From Myxococcales bacterium (GTDB taxonomy: Bacteria; Myxococcota_A; UBA9042), in NCBI GenBank assembly GCA_009692465.1, contig SHZD01000004.1, positions 9,239 to 73,238 of the forward strand: DNA of 64,000 bases. Direction: 5' to 3'. Of this stretch, positions 29,784 through 38,648 are shown piece after piece. How positions within the stretch are numbered: position 1 is the stretch's first letter; each line of letters opens with the position of its first letter. Under the pieces are notes generated by a model. That model saw nothing but the letters and a program-made list of their open reading frames with translations, did not search any database and had not been told where the DNA came from. The position numbers and the translations under genes were made by a program.

Positions 29784-31955
29784 ATGCAACTGAGTGTGCC
29801 ACATGCGGATAAAATCTGCGGCGGTAGCATAGCGAGGAAAAGGCGGACCCGGCCATATCGGCTGTTGCGGCAATTGAAACGCCCCACCGCGGGCCAGTTC
29901 GTCTGCCAAAGCAGCAAAGGCCGCGGCGCTGGAGAGGCCCGGCAGCAACCGCAACAAGTCATCGCGAGCCGGATGCAAGCGCACAGCCACCGCCGGACGA
30001 TCCTTGCCGCCCAGATCGGTGATGACGTCGATCCAGATTTCGGGGGCGACGTCGACATAGTTGGCGTGAATGACCAACCCGACGGCCACCGCCCGCACGC
30101 AATCGGCGGCTAGGCTTTGGCTGTCGCTTTCCATATGGGCGCGCAACACGCCGTACTCATCGCGGTCGATACTGCGGGCCAATTGAACCTTGGGCGCCAG
30201 CGGAACATCGTCGGCAAAGGCTGACAGCCCTAAGGATGCTGGTCGGACCCGACCGTAGGCCACCGTGCTTTCGTCGTAGGGCGAATAGGCCGGGACGGGC
30301 GGCGGGCCGCTTGGAGCCCACGCCGCGGAAGGTGGCAAGGCCAAGGCGGTGTCGCGATCCAAAGCCTCTGTGGAGGGCTGAACTTCATAGAATGCATTGA
30401 GATCAAACTCAAACTCCGCATCAGTGGGTCCAGGAGCCGCAATCTTGGTCGCGGCTTTGGCCTGCGGCAGCATGGCCGACAGCGTGGTATGAAAACCCGC
30501 GCCTTGACCAACAAATTCAATGGCATTGGCCGTGGAAAAATCGAAAAGGTGAGGTGTGAGCGGCGCAGCGAGGCCAGCCGTTGGTACAGGGTGCGGCGCG
30601 GCCACTGCGGCTGGCTGTAGCACCGTTGGTTCGTCGACCAAGGCGAAGGGCAAGTTCACAGCGGGGCCGATCAGGCGGGCGGCAGGCTGCTGGTCTGGCA
30701 CTGAAGGCGCGACCGCCGCACCAGAGGCCCAAGTGGCGGCGGCAATAGGCGGCGGCGTGGCCACTTTCTTGCGCCGAATTTGGGGTTCTTGATACGGATC
30801 CGCAGCGCTGACCGCCCACGCCGCATCCGGTGCTGGTGCCGACGGGTCCAGCGGCGCGGCGGGTTCGGCGCTGCGGCGGTCTGACTCAGCCGGCCGTTTT
30901 GCGGAGCGCGCCACCGCAATGGGCTCCGCATGAGCTTGTGGCTCCAAGTGAGTCGAGTCATGGCGTTGAGTTGAAGGCGTTGGTGCCAGTGTTGGGGCGA
31001 TTCTGTGCAGGACTAGGAGGGTGGCAACCAGCGCGAGCACGAAACTGCCCAGCTCAGCGAAAACTTGGGGGCGCTCCACTCCGGCCACGACAAGCGTTAC
31101 CGTTCGCACCACCAACCACCAAACGGCCACCGCCCATGCGGGCTGCAATACCTGTTTGGGCAAGGGCGAAAACGTCAAAAAGCGCACTGGGCGGGTCGCA
31201 AAAGTTGCGCAAAACACCGCCAAAACGGCCGCGGTCACCCCTTGGCCGCCAGCCCAACCGGCGTTGGCATCGGTGGCAGTCTGTTGCCAAATCACCGCCG
31301 ACAGCACAACGGCGCCGACCAACATGGCGCCAAAGTGCGCGCGACCATAGTGCTGTTCAACAGCTGAGCCGACCACCAACACCAGCATCAGCATGGCCAT
31401 CGCGCCGGCCGCGGGATTGGCCCAAGCGAACGGATGAAGCAACCACGCCGCCGTCGACGTCATGCGCCCTGTAGGCTGCACGGACCAGCGCAACAGCCCG
31501 CCAACGCGGGCGGCGTCGCTCGCCTTGATGCAGCGCAGCTCAAACTCCGCTGACGGTGGCAAAGTGGCAGTGCTGGACCCCTGGTCCAGGTGCTTCGACC
31601 CGTGCTCGGCTTGCTTCGACGCCGGCCCGACTTGGTTCGACGCCGGCCCGACTTGGTTCGACGCCGGCCCGACTTGGTTCGACCCCCGCCCCTCTTGCTG
31701 CCGCAGCCACGGATCGCAAGCCGTCGGCGCCAGTTGGTCAGGGTGGTCCGCGGCAAAGGTGGCAAGCTCGTGGTGTGCGGCAGCCAACGGACCATCGGGG
31801 GCCAGCCACGCCAACAGGGTCAGGCACACAGAGGCGGCAGCGACGGTCAGGGTGACCAGCGGCAACGGTTGGACGGCAGTATCGGCGACGCCAAGAGGGA
31901 TCAAAGGACAACCAGCAAGGTGGCAGGTGAACGGTGCGCTCTGCCGAACGGACAA
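29778..31955 (-). CDS. Polytopic membrane protein with large extracytoplasmic C-terminal domain (unknown function)
   Basis: Several TM helices (AMLMLVLVVGSAV, LVGAVVLSAVIW, AVLAVFCATFA, AVAVWWLVVRTV...). An in-frame 21-bp coding repeat (SNQVGPA x3) lies near the N-terminus, and the alternative start at MTSTAAW (~31463) cannot be excluded. Confidence 0.45.
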   Translation of the reverse strand: MSVRQSAPFTCHLAGCPLIPLGVADTAVQPLPLVTLTVAAASVCLTLLAWLAPDGPLAAAHHELATFAADHPDQLAPTACDPWLRQQEGRGSNQVGPASNQVGPASNQVGPASKQAEHGSKHLDQGSSTATLPPSAEFELRCIKASDAARVGGLLRWSVQPTGRMTSTAAWLLHPFAWANPAAGAMAMLMLVLVVGSAVEQHYGRAHFGAMLVGAVVLSAVIWQQTATDANAGWAGGQGVTAAVLAVFCATFATRPVRFLTFSPLPKQVLQPAWAVAVWWLVVRTVTLVVAGVERPQVFAELGSFVLALVATLLVLHRIAPTLAPTPSTQRHDSTHLEPQAHAEPIAVARSAKRPAESDRRSAEPAAPLDPSAPAPDAAWAVSAADPYQEPQIRRKKVATPPPIAAATWASGAAVAPSVPDQQPAARLIGPAVNLPFALVDEPTVLQPAAVAAPHPVPTAGLAAPLTPHLFDFSTANAIEFVGQGAGFHTTLSAMLPQAKAATKIAAPGPTDAEFEFDLNAFYEVQPSTEALDRDTALALPPSAAWAPSGPPPVPAYSPYDESTVAYGRVRPASLGLSAFADDVPLAPKVQLARSIDRDEYGVLRAHMESDSQSLAADCVRAVAVGLVIHANYVDVAPEIWIDVITDLGGKDRPAVAVRLHPARDDLLRLLPGLSSAAAFAALADELARGGAFQLPQQPIWPGPPFPRYATAADFIRMWHTQLHG
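31590..31700. repeat. 21-bp tandem repeat (gacgccggcccgacttggttc x ~3.5) inside the 5' part of the membrane-protein gene
   Basis: Direct tandem repetition. Confidence 0.8.
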
Positions 31956-32035
31956 TTACAGCGCGTGCAGGAATACCTTTGTCAATCTGCCAGCCGAACG
32001 AGGCGGCGCGCCGCTTGGCACTGGCGCGAGATTGC

Positions 32036-32150
32036 GACCCACCAAGCCGGCATTTGCGACCCACCAAGCCGGCATTTGCGACCCACCAAGCCGGCATTTG
32101 CGACCCACCAAGCCGGCATTTGCGACCCACCAAGCCGGCAAGAGATCGCT
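32036..32150. repeat. 22-bp tandem minisatellite (gacccaccaagccggcatttgc x 5) upstream of the 31955 gene
   Basis: Direct tandem repetition. The unit length is not a multiple of 3. Confidence 0.85.
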
Positions 32151-32201
32151 GGGCAGGCAAGAAGGTCGCTGGGCAAATCGCCAAGACTCTACCCGAACTG
32201 C

Positions 32202-32930
32202 TTAGGCGTGCGCGGTGATTTCCTTCATCTTAGCCACGTCAGCAGCGGCGCGGGCCGTACCGTCGACAATGGCGCCGTCGTGAATATAGACGACCCGGCG
32301 CGCGTGTTCCATTACTCGCGGATCATGGGTAGAAAATAGAAAGGTTACGCCATGTTCTCGATTCATCCGCAACATCAGGTCGATGATCTGCTTACTGGTC
32401 GTCGAGTCCAGGTTTGCGGTCGGTTCGTCGGCAAGCACCAACTGCGGTTGGGTAATCAGCGCTCTGGCGATCGCCACCCGTTGCCGCTGACCGCCCGACA
32501 GCTCATCGGGCCGGTGCAGCAGTTGCGGGGTCAGTCCGACTTCGGCGGCCACTTGCTCCACGCGTTGGCGCAAAGTTTTGCCGCCTTCGCCGCGGATCAC
32601 GCAGGGAAACTCAATATTTTCAATGACATTAAGCACTGGGATGAGATTAAAGTTCTGGAAAATGAAGCCGATCTTGCGATTGCGCACTTCGGCCAGATCA
32701 TTAAAGTCGCGGTGGCCGATTTCCTGACCGTCCAGTTGGTAGGAACCTGCCGACGCGCGGTCCAGGCAGCCAATGATGTTGAGCAAGGTAGTTTTGCCTG
32801 AGCCTGAAGGGCCCATCACCACTGTAAATTCACCGGCTTCGATGCTCAGATCGACACCCTTGAGGGCGATGACTTCAGTCTTACCCAGCTGATACGATTT
32901 ATGAATGCCTTGCAGTGCGACGAGCGCCAT
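32202..32930 (-). CDS. ABC transporter ATP-binding protein, LolD/MacB-type
   Basis: Walker A GPSGSGKTTLLN, ABC signature LSGGQRQRVAIARAL, Walker B LVLADEPT. Confidence 0.85.
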   Translation of the reverse strand: MALVALQGIHKSYQLGKTEVIALKGVDLSIEAGEFTVVMGPSGSGKTTLLNIIGCLDRASAGSYQLDGQEIGHRDFNDLAEVRNRKIGFIFQNFNLIPVLNVIENIEFPCVIRGEGGKTLRQRVEQVAAEVGLTPQLLHRPDELSGGQRQRVAIARALITQPQLVLADEPTANLDSTTSKQIIDLMLRMNREHGVTFLFSTHDPRVMEHARRVVYIHDGAIVDGTARAAADVAKMKEITAHA

Positions 32931-32970
32931 CTGTGCCTCTTGGGTTGTTCACCGGGTCGAATCGGTGGAT

Positions 32971-34698
32971 CTAAAAAAATGCCCGCGCTGATAAGAACGC
33001 ACGCGCCATCGATGGTTGCAGCGCGTACTCGGTCCAACTTTGGGCGGTGGCGCCGCTGCCGGTCTGCACGGCATAGGAGGTCACGCCAGGCAGCGTAACG
33101 AACGCCCCGGCAGTCACATTGAGCCACTCTTTGGCCGACCACGTTAGTTGCGGGGCGATTTGGCCGGAAAAATCTGCCAGACCCAAGATCATCACCAAGT
33201 TAATCGTAAAATCATCGCGTAACTGTGGGTGAATATAGGTCAACAACAGGTAGTGGCGGCGAAACGGTTCAAAGGCAAACTTTTGCGGGGTGCCGGGATC
33301 GGCGGCGGTTGGCACTCCCAACGCAAACGGCAATGGGGTGGACGCGGGCAGGCTGCGCGCCAAATTCATCCCGCGCACCAAGTTGGTGAATTGATAGGCA
33401 TTAAGCCCGTCGCCATGGTAGAGATACTCGGCTGAAATGGCCGCGTTTTCGCCAAATTGGTAGCGCACACCAGCCAACGCCTTCAGACGCAGGTCTGGGT
33501 CGGTGACTTTGGTGTAGCCGACCGGCGACTTGCCCACGGCCACACAATTGGCCAAGGCTGCGCTCAAATCGGTGACACAGTCCGCCTCTGCGTACAGGCG
33601 CGCCGAGCCTTGCTGGCTGACCAGTTCGGCGTGCACTTCCACGCTGTCCCAAAACACCCGCGACATCGACACGGCCGCGCGCAATTTGTCTTGAAATGCG
33701 TCGTTGTACAGGTTGGAAAAGTACACCATCGCGTTGACATCGGCATCGGCGACCAAATGGTAAACGCGGGCGGCGAGGGTGTAGTGGGCAGCAGTATCGG
33801 GCTTTTGGGCCATGAAATCGGGGTAGGTCACCAAGCCCGCAGGCAATCCGCCGTACTGTTGGGTTGTCTTGGCCGCGCCGACCAAGGACAACGTCCACGT
33901 ATCCAACGGCAACTCCAAACGCAACAGCCAAGGCCCGGCGCGCTGCAAGGTCGGATCGGTGGGGTCTTTGGGCGGATTGAGCAAATCAGAGGGGTTCCAC
34001 GCCATGCCCGAGCCCCACAGCACCCGCTTTTTGCCCAAGGTGAGGTTGAGGCGCTCGCCTAAAGCGGCCAACAGGTAAGCTTCGGCGACAATGGCCGCCG
34101 GATGCAGCGCGGGTACGTCGTGGTCAGCCAACCGAAGGCGCGCGCCGTCTGGGCCACTGCGCCAAAACATCCAGCCGCGCTGCCACACGAACGAGACGTC
34201 GGCAAAAACTTGAGCCCTGCCCGCCCAATCGAGCTTGAGTTGGGCGTTGGCCTCGGTCAGATTGTGCAGGTGCGGGGTGTCGTTGGCCGGTAGCATATGG
34301 GCCACGGAGGCGTAGGCGCCGGACCAGCGCGTGTCCAAAAAGCCGCTGACGCGCACTTTGAGCTGCGGTTCGCTGACTGAATCTGGTAGCTCTGGGCTGG
34401 ATTGTGCTGGGGCTGGAGCCGCCGATTCCGGTGTAGCGGCGTCAGCACCGGCAGGGGAGGTGTCGGGTGCCAGAGGCGCAGCGGTGCCGGCAGGCGCAAC
34501 ACTGCCCGCAGCCGCAACAGTGCCCGCAGCCGCAACAGTGCCCGCAGCCGCAACAGTGCCCGCAGCCGCAACAGTGCCCGCAGCCGCAACAGAGCGCTGC
34601 TGGGCAATGGCCGATCCAGCGACTGTCGCCGCTGCGGCACCGAGCGCGATCCGAAGCGCTAAAATGTGAAAACAGGTAGGCATTTCAGCATGCTCCAA
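32971..34698 (-). CDS. Putative outer-membrane beta-barrel/porin-like protein encoded in the Lol-like operon
   Basis: Signal peptide; in-frame 18-bp repeat encoding (AAGTVA)n; C-terminal beta-strand pattern ending in Phe (...ARAFF). Sits between the LolA-like gene and the ATPase. Confidence 0.5.
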   Translation of the reverse strand: MEHAEMPTCFHILALRIALGAAAATVAGSAIAQQRSVAAAGTVAAAGTVAAAGTVAAAGTVAAAGSVAPAGTAAPLAPDTSPAGADAATPESAAPAPAQSSPELPDSVSEPQLKVRVSGFLDTRWSGAYASVAHMLPANDTPHLHNLTEANAQLKLDWAGRAQVFADVSFVWQRGWMFWRSGPDGARLRLADHDVPALHPAAIVAEAYLLAALGERLNLTLGKKRVLWGSGMAWNPSDLLNPPKDPTDPTLQRAGPWLLRLELPLDTWTLSLVGAAKTTQQYGGLPAGLVTYPDFMAQKPDTAAHYTLAARVYHLVADADVNAMVYFSNLYNDAFQDKLRAAVSMSRVFWDSVEVHAELVSQQGSARLYAEADCVTDLSAALANCVAVGKSPVGYTKVTDPDLRLKALAGVRYQFGENAAISAEYLYHGDGLNAYQFTNLVRGMNLARSLPASTPLPFALGVPTAADPGTPQKFAFEPFRRHYLLLTYIHPQLRDDFTINLVMILGLADFSGQIAPQLTWSAKEWLNVTAGAFVTLPGVTSYAVQTGSGATAQSWTEYALQPSMARAFLSARAFF

Positions 34699-34718
34699 CT
34701 GAGGTCAATGCCAAGCTG

Positions 34719-35459
34719 CTACTTGCCCAAATCGTCCAACACAAATTTGGTCGGCGGCGGATTAGCGGCGATATTGAGCGTTTCCCACCGCATTTCGGAG
34801 TGGCGAGCGGTCGCCAGCATGTTGCGCATCACGATTTTGCCGGGTCGGGTCAACCCGCCAAAATTCTTGTAGTCGCCAAACTCGGCCTTGCGCAACAGCT
34901 TGCCCGACGAGGCGTAGTATTCACCTTGCACGGGCATCGAATCGGCTTTGCGCAGCCACAGTTTGATTTTGTCGTACGAGGCGTTAGGCGTTTTGGCCTT
35001 GAGTTCGAGCACCCAAGCGGTGGCCATGGCCGGATCGGCGCTAACCATACCGGTGTAGTCGGCGTGGTACTTGACCCGCAAAACGTCGGCATTGTTGAAA
35101 TCGCCACCCTGAAAGGAATCGCGATTGATCAACCGGACTGCGCGCTTCAGACTGGGCATATACACCCAAGTGTTGTCACCATGCCGCAACATTTCTTGGC
35201 CGACCATCGAAGCAGGTTCTGCAAAGGTTAAGCGCAATTTATCGTCGCCTTTCTTAAGTATCAGCATCTTGTAGGCGCGAGTCGTGCCGTCCTCGCGGTG
35301 GGCAATCATGCGCACTGCGCTCTCAAACGACTCTGGACCCATCAACTGGTCGTATTTTCGCATCAATTCGTCGGCGCTCGGATCGGCGTGCGCTTGGGTC
35401 GGCGCAAACAGGGCCACAGTCGACGCGGCCAAAGCCAGAATCAGAATCGCAAAACGCAT
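34719..35459 (-). CDS. LolA-like outer-membrane lipoprotein-sorting family protein
   Basis: Signal peptide MRFAILILALAASTVALFAPTQAHA. Size and sequence pattern (YKMLILKKGDDKLRLTFAEPASMVGQEML...WVYMP) are typical of LolA-like periplasmic carrier proteins. Confidence 0.6.
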   Translation of the reverse strand: MRFAILILALAASTVALFAPTQAHADPSADELMRKYDQLMGPESFESAVRMIAHREDGTTRAYKMLILKKGDDKLRLTFAEPASMVGQEMLRHGDNTWVYMPSLKRAVRLINRDSFQGGDFNNADVLRVKYHADYTGMVSADPAMATAWVLELKAKTPNASYDKIKLWLRKADSMPVQGEYYASSGKLLRKAEFGDYKNFGGLTRPGKIVMRNMLATARHSEMRWETLNIAANPPPTKFVLDDLGK

Positions 35460-35565
35460 GGTGAAGGCTCCTGAAGACTGCAGCGATTAGGTGCTGCGAT
35501 TTGGGCGAGTAACGGGGATCGGTCGATTCTCATTCGCCGCAGTACAAACCACTCGACCCGGGTGG

Positions 35566-36786
35566 CTAGACGGCGCGCAGCGCTTCGACCGGACGCAGCC
35601 GACTGGCGCGCCAAGCGGGGTACACCGCGGCGAGCACGGTAGCCAAGGCGGTCGCGCACACCACCAGCAAGACCAGCCAATCGGGCACATACGGCTGCAG
35701 TTGCACGATCGCCTTGGACCCGGGCGGCGTCACGGCAAAACCACCGCGGTACACCACCCACGCGATCACCCCAAAGCCGAGCGCACACCCAGTACCGATG
35801 CCCAGCACCGCCATCACCGCCGCCTCGGCCAAGAACAGACCAGTAATCAGCTTGCGGCGAATGCCGACGGCCATCATGGTGCCGATTTCGCGGGTGCGCT
35901 CCAGCACCGCCATCAACATGGTGTTCATGACGCCGATCACAGCGATAATCAGGAACACCAGACACACCGATAGCAGCACCACTCGCTGGGTCTTGACGAT
36001 GTCCAGCACTTGCGGGCGCAGTTCGAACCAGGTCTGGACGTGATAGTCAGGGCCCAATTGCCGTTGCATGTCGGCCGCGATGTCAGGCAGACGCTCGCGG
36101 TCGTCAATCGCGATAGCATATTCAGTCACCCGGCCGGGCAGTTTGAGCAACTGCTGCGCCATGGCCAGCGGCACGTAGACCATGCGCTTGGATTCAATCG
36201 GTAAATTGTTGTTGACGGTGCCGGCCATTTCCAGATCCATGGCGTTCTGCTGCCCATCTTTGGCTGCCGCTTGCACAACCATCGAAGCGCCGAGTTTAGC
36301 GCCGAGCGCTTCCGCGAGTTCAAAACCGACCATGCCTTTGGTCTCTACTTTGGGCGTCAGGGCTTGGCCCAGCAGGCCGCGATTGGCGCTCGGGCAGACC
36401 TGGTATTCGTGCTCGGCGTCGTGGGCGTTGCCGATCACAAAGGTATTGCGCATGCCATTGTTGAGGCTGCCGGCAAACAGAATTCGGCCGGTCACGGCGG
36501 TAACACCAGCTATTCCCTGGATTTTCTTGCGCAGTTCGCCGCCATACTCCATATCGAAATCGAGCGGCAAGTTGTCCTTGACGTTGTCGTAGCCGCGTTT
36601 GTGGACTTGCAGCGCGCCGGTGCGACCCAAAATCACATCGTCGACAATAATCCCGGTCAGGCCGTAGACGAAGCCGCCGAGCAGCATCGTCATCCACACC
36701 CCAAAGCCGATCGCCCCGCAAGTCAGCGCGGTGCGGCCTTTGTTGCGAAAAACGTTGCGTATCGCCAGTTTGATAATGGTGAACAC
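35566..36786 (-). CDS. ABC transporter permease, FtsX/LolC-LolE/MacB family
   Basis: N-terminal TM, large periplasmic domain, C-terminal 3-TM FtsX domain with the LERTREIG motif. Confidence 0.8.
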   Translation of the reverse strand: MFTIIKLAIRNVFRNKGRTALTCGAIGFGVWMTMLLGGFVYGLTGIIVDDVILGRTGALQVHKRGYDNVKDNLPLDFDMEYGGELRKKIQGIAGVTAVTGRILFAGSLNNGMRNTFVIGNAHDAEHEYQVCPSANRGLLGQALTPKVETKGMVGFELAEALGAKLGASMVVQAAAKDGQQNAMDLEMAGTVNNNLPIESKRMVYVPLAMAQQLLKLPGRVTEYAIAIDDRERLPDIAADMQRQLGPDYHVQTWFELRPQVLDIVKTQRVVLLSVCLVFLIIAVIGVMNTMLMAVLERTREIGTMMAVGIRRKLITGLFLAEAAVMAVLGIGTGCALGFGVIAWVVYRGGFAVTPPGSKAIVQLQPYVPDWLVLLVVCATALATVLAAVYPAWRASRLRPVEALRAV

Positions 36787-36794
36787 TGCTGGAC

Positions 36795-36880
36795 CTCGTG
36801 AACCTAGCCGCTGGACCTGGTGAACCTAGCCGCTGGATCTGGTGAACCTAGCCGCTGGATCTGGTGAACCTAGCCGCCGG
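36795..36880. repeat. 22-bp tandem repeat (ctggatctggtgaacctagccg x ~3.5) in the gap between the two permease genes
   Basis: Direct tandem repetition. Confidence 0.8.
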
Positions 36881-38108
36881 CAAGCGCTTCGACCGGCCGC
36901 ATCTTGCTGGCCCGAAACGCGGGGTACAAGGCAAACACCACCGCGCCAACACCGGCGAGGGCAACGATCGTCACGATGTACTGCCAGGTCACAAACGGCA
37001 CGACGACAAAGGCAATGGGCGAAGTCGGCAGCGGGATGCGCAACGTGCGCTCGTGCATGTAAAACACGGCTAGCCCGCCGACGCCGCCGCCAGCCAAGGC
37101 CCCTAGTACGCCAATCGTGAGAGCTTCAAGCAAGAAAAGCGTTAGGATTTTAGAGCGGCGAACCCCGACAGCCATCATGGTGCCGATCTCGCGGGTGCGG
37201 TCGAGCACGCTCATCAGCATGGTGTTGGCGACGCCAAGCAGCATCAAAATCATGAAGACGGCAGACACAATCGACGACACCACGTTCTGCCGATAGACAA
37301 TGTCTCTGAAAAGCAGTGCAATTTCATCCCAGTTGTGCACTTCATAATCGGAGCCCAGCGCCTGACGCAACCCAGCGTTGACTTGGTCCATGTTGTCGAT
37401 ATCATCAATCGCGATAGCTAGTTCGGTCGCACGACCCTCCATTTTGAGCAGCCGTTGGGCCAAGGCCAAATTGACCAGCGCGATTTTCTTTTCGCCCGGT
37501 GCGGTCATGGTCATGGTGCCCAAAATCTTGGCTTCTTCGGCGGACAGAGCTCCATCGCGATCTGGTGCCAAAATGGCGGTAGGAGCGCTGAAATCTTTTC
37601 GCTTTCCGCCCGACAGCAGCCCCTTGGCTAGTTCATCTGTCACCACCACGCCATTTTGGACCTTGCCGGACACGAAATCGGCAGCGTTGGCGGCGATTAG
37701 TTCCTTGCGCTTGGGCAGGGCGGCGAATTCGCGCAGCGGATCGACAGCAAAAATCTGCACAAAAAGGGTGTCTTCGTCCAGATTGACCATGCCGCCAAAC
37801 AGGATGCGCGGGGCCACCCCGGTCACGTGGGGCACGGCCAAGATTTTGTTGAGCATGACCGCGTCGCTTGGCAAATCAAGGTCGAGCGGCGACGCCAGCA
37901 CGTTCTTGAGGTAGCCCTTCTTGTGGACCTGCAAACTGCCGGTCTGGCCCAAGGTGGTCGACTCGATCATCGAACCTTGCAAGCCATTGAGCAGACCGCG
38001 CACGCTGACCATGACCCCGACCCCGATAATCAAGGCCAACAGCGTAATCAACGTCCGACGTTTGTTGCGCAAGACGTTGCGCACGGCGATGCGAATGAGG
38101 TTATTCAT
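36870..38108 (-). CDS. ABC transporter permease, FtsX/LolC-LolE/MacB family (paralog)
   Basis: Same architecture as 35566-36786, with the DRTREIG motif. Confidence 0.8.
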   Translation of the reverse strand: MNNLIRIAVRNVLRNKRRTLITLLALIIGVGVMVSVRGLLNGLQGSMIESTTLGQTGSLQVHKKGYLKNVLASPLDLDLPSDAVMLNKILAVPHVTGVAPRILFGGMVNLDEDTLFVQIFAVDPLREFAALPKRKELIAANAADFVSGKVQNGVVVTDELAKGLLSGGKRKDFSAPTAILAPDRDGALSAEEAKILGTMTMTAPGEKKIALVNLALAQRLLKMEGRATELAIAIDDIDNMDQVNAGLRQALGSDYEVHNWDEIALLFRDIVYRQNVVSSIVSAVFMILMLLGVANTMLMSVLDRTREIGTMMAVGVRRSKILTLFLLEALTIGVLGALAGGGVGGLAVFYMHERTLRIPLPTSPIAFVVVPFVTWQYIVTIVALAGVGAVVFALYPAFRASKMRPVEALAGG

Positions 38109-38221
38109 GGACTACCAGTTTGCAGTCGATACTGGCACCAGATGAAACTGGCGCGGGCGGCGCTGGGTCTGCGGCAAGACAGCCACTGACGTTCTCGGTT
38201 TTGTTGAACGCCGCAGCTGCC

Positions 38222-38350
38222 TAGCTAAGGAACTGTCCCAGAATAAGTCATTGTGGGACTGGTTCCGTTTGCTTGCTTTGTTGGTCGCTAAGCTCGCGTC
38301 CCCAAAGGCCGACTCACCGCTCCTGTGTTGCCCAGATCGATCGAGTTAGT
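38222..38350. mobile_element. Family B repeat copy (~300 bp upstream of pckG)
   Basis: ggaactgtcccagaataagtcattgtgggactggttcc...ttggtcgctaagctcgcgtc...ggacagttcc. Homologous to 23268 and 60093. Confidence 0.8.
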
Positions 38351-38648
38351 GGCGGACAGTTCCTTAGCGCGGTGGTCCGGTGACAGCGGCCCCAAGTCCC
38401 CGCCATCATGCGCTGAAAACGAACCACTGCCAACCGCACGGCTACCCGCGCTGCGGTCGGACCATTCATCGGCCACTGCCTCAATTTGCCATTGAAAAAC
38501 GCCAGAGCTTGCGGTAGTTTCCGCGCCCGCACGCCCGCTCGACAATTACGCCAACTGTGCGCAATGATTACACAACTAATCAACGCTGACCGCAATGTGT
38601 CAGGTTAACTCGGTGGCTGACTATCCACCTGCACGCCTCGGAGGACCG

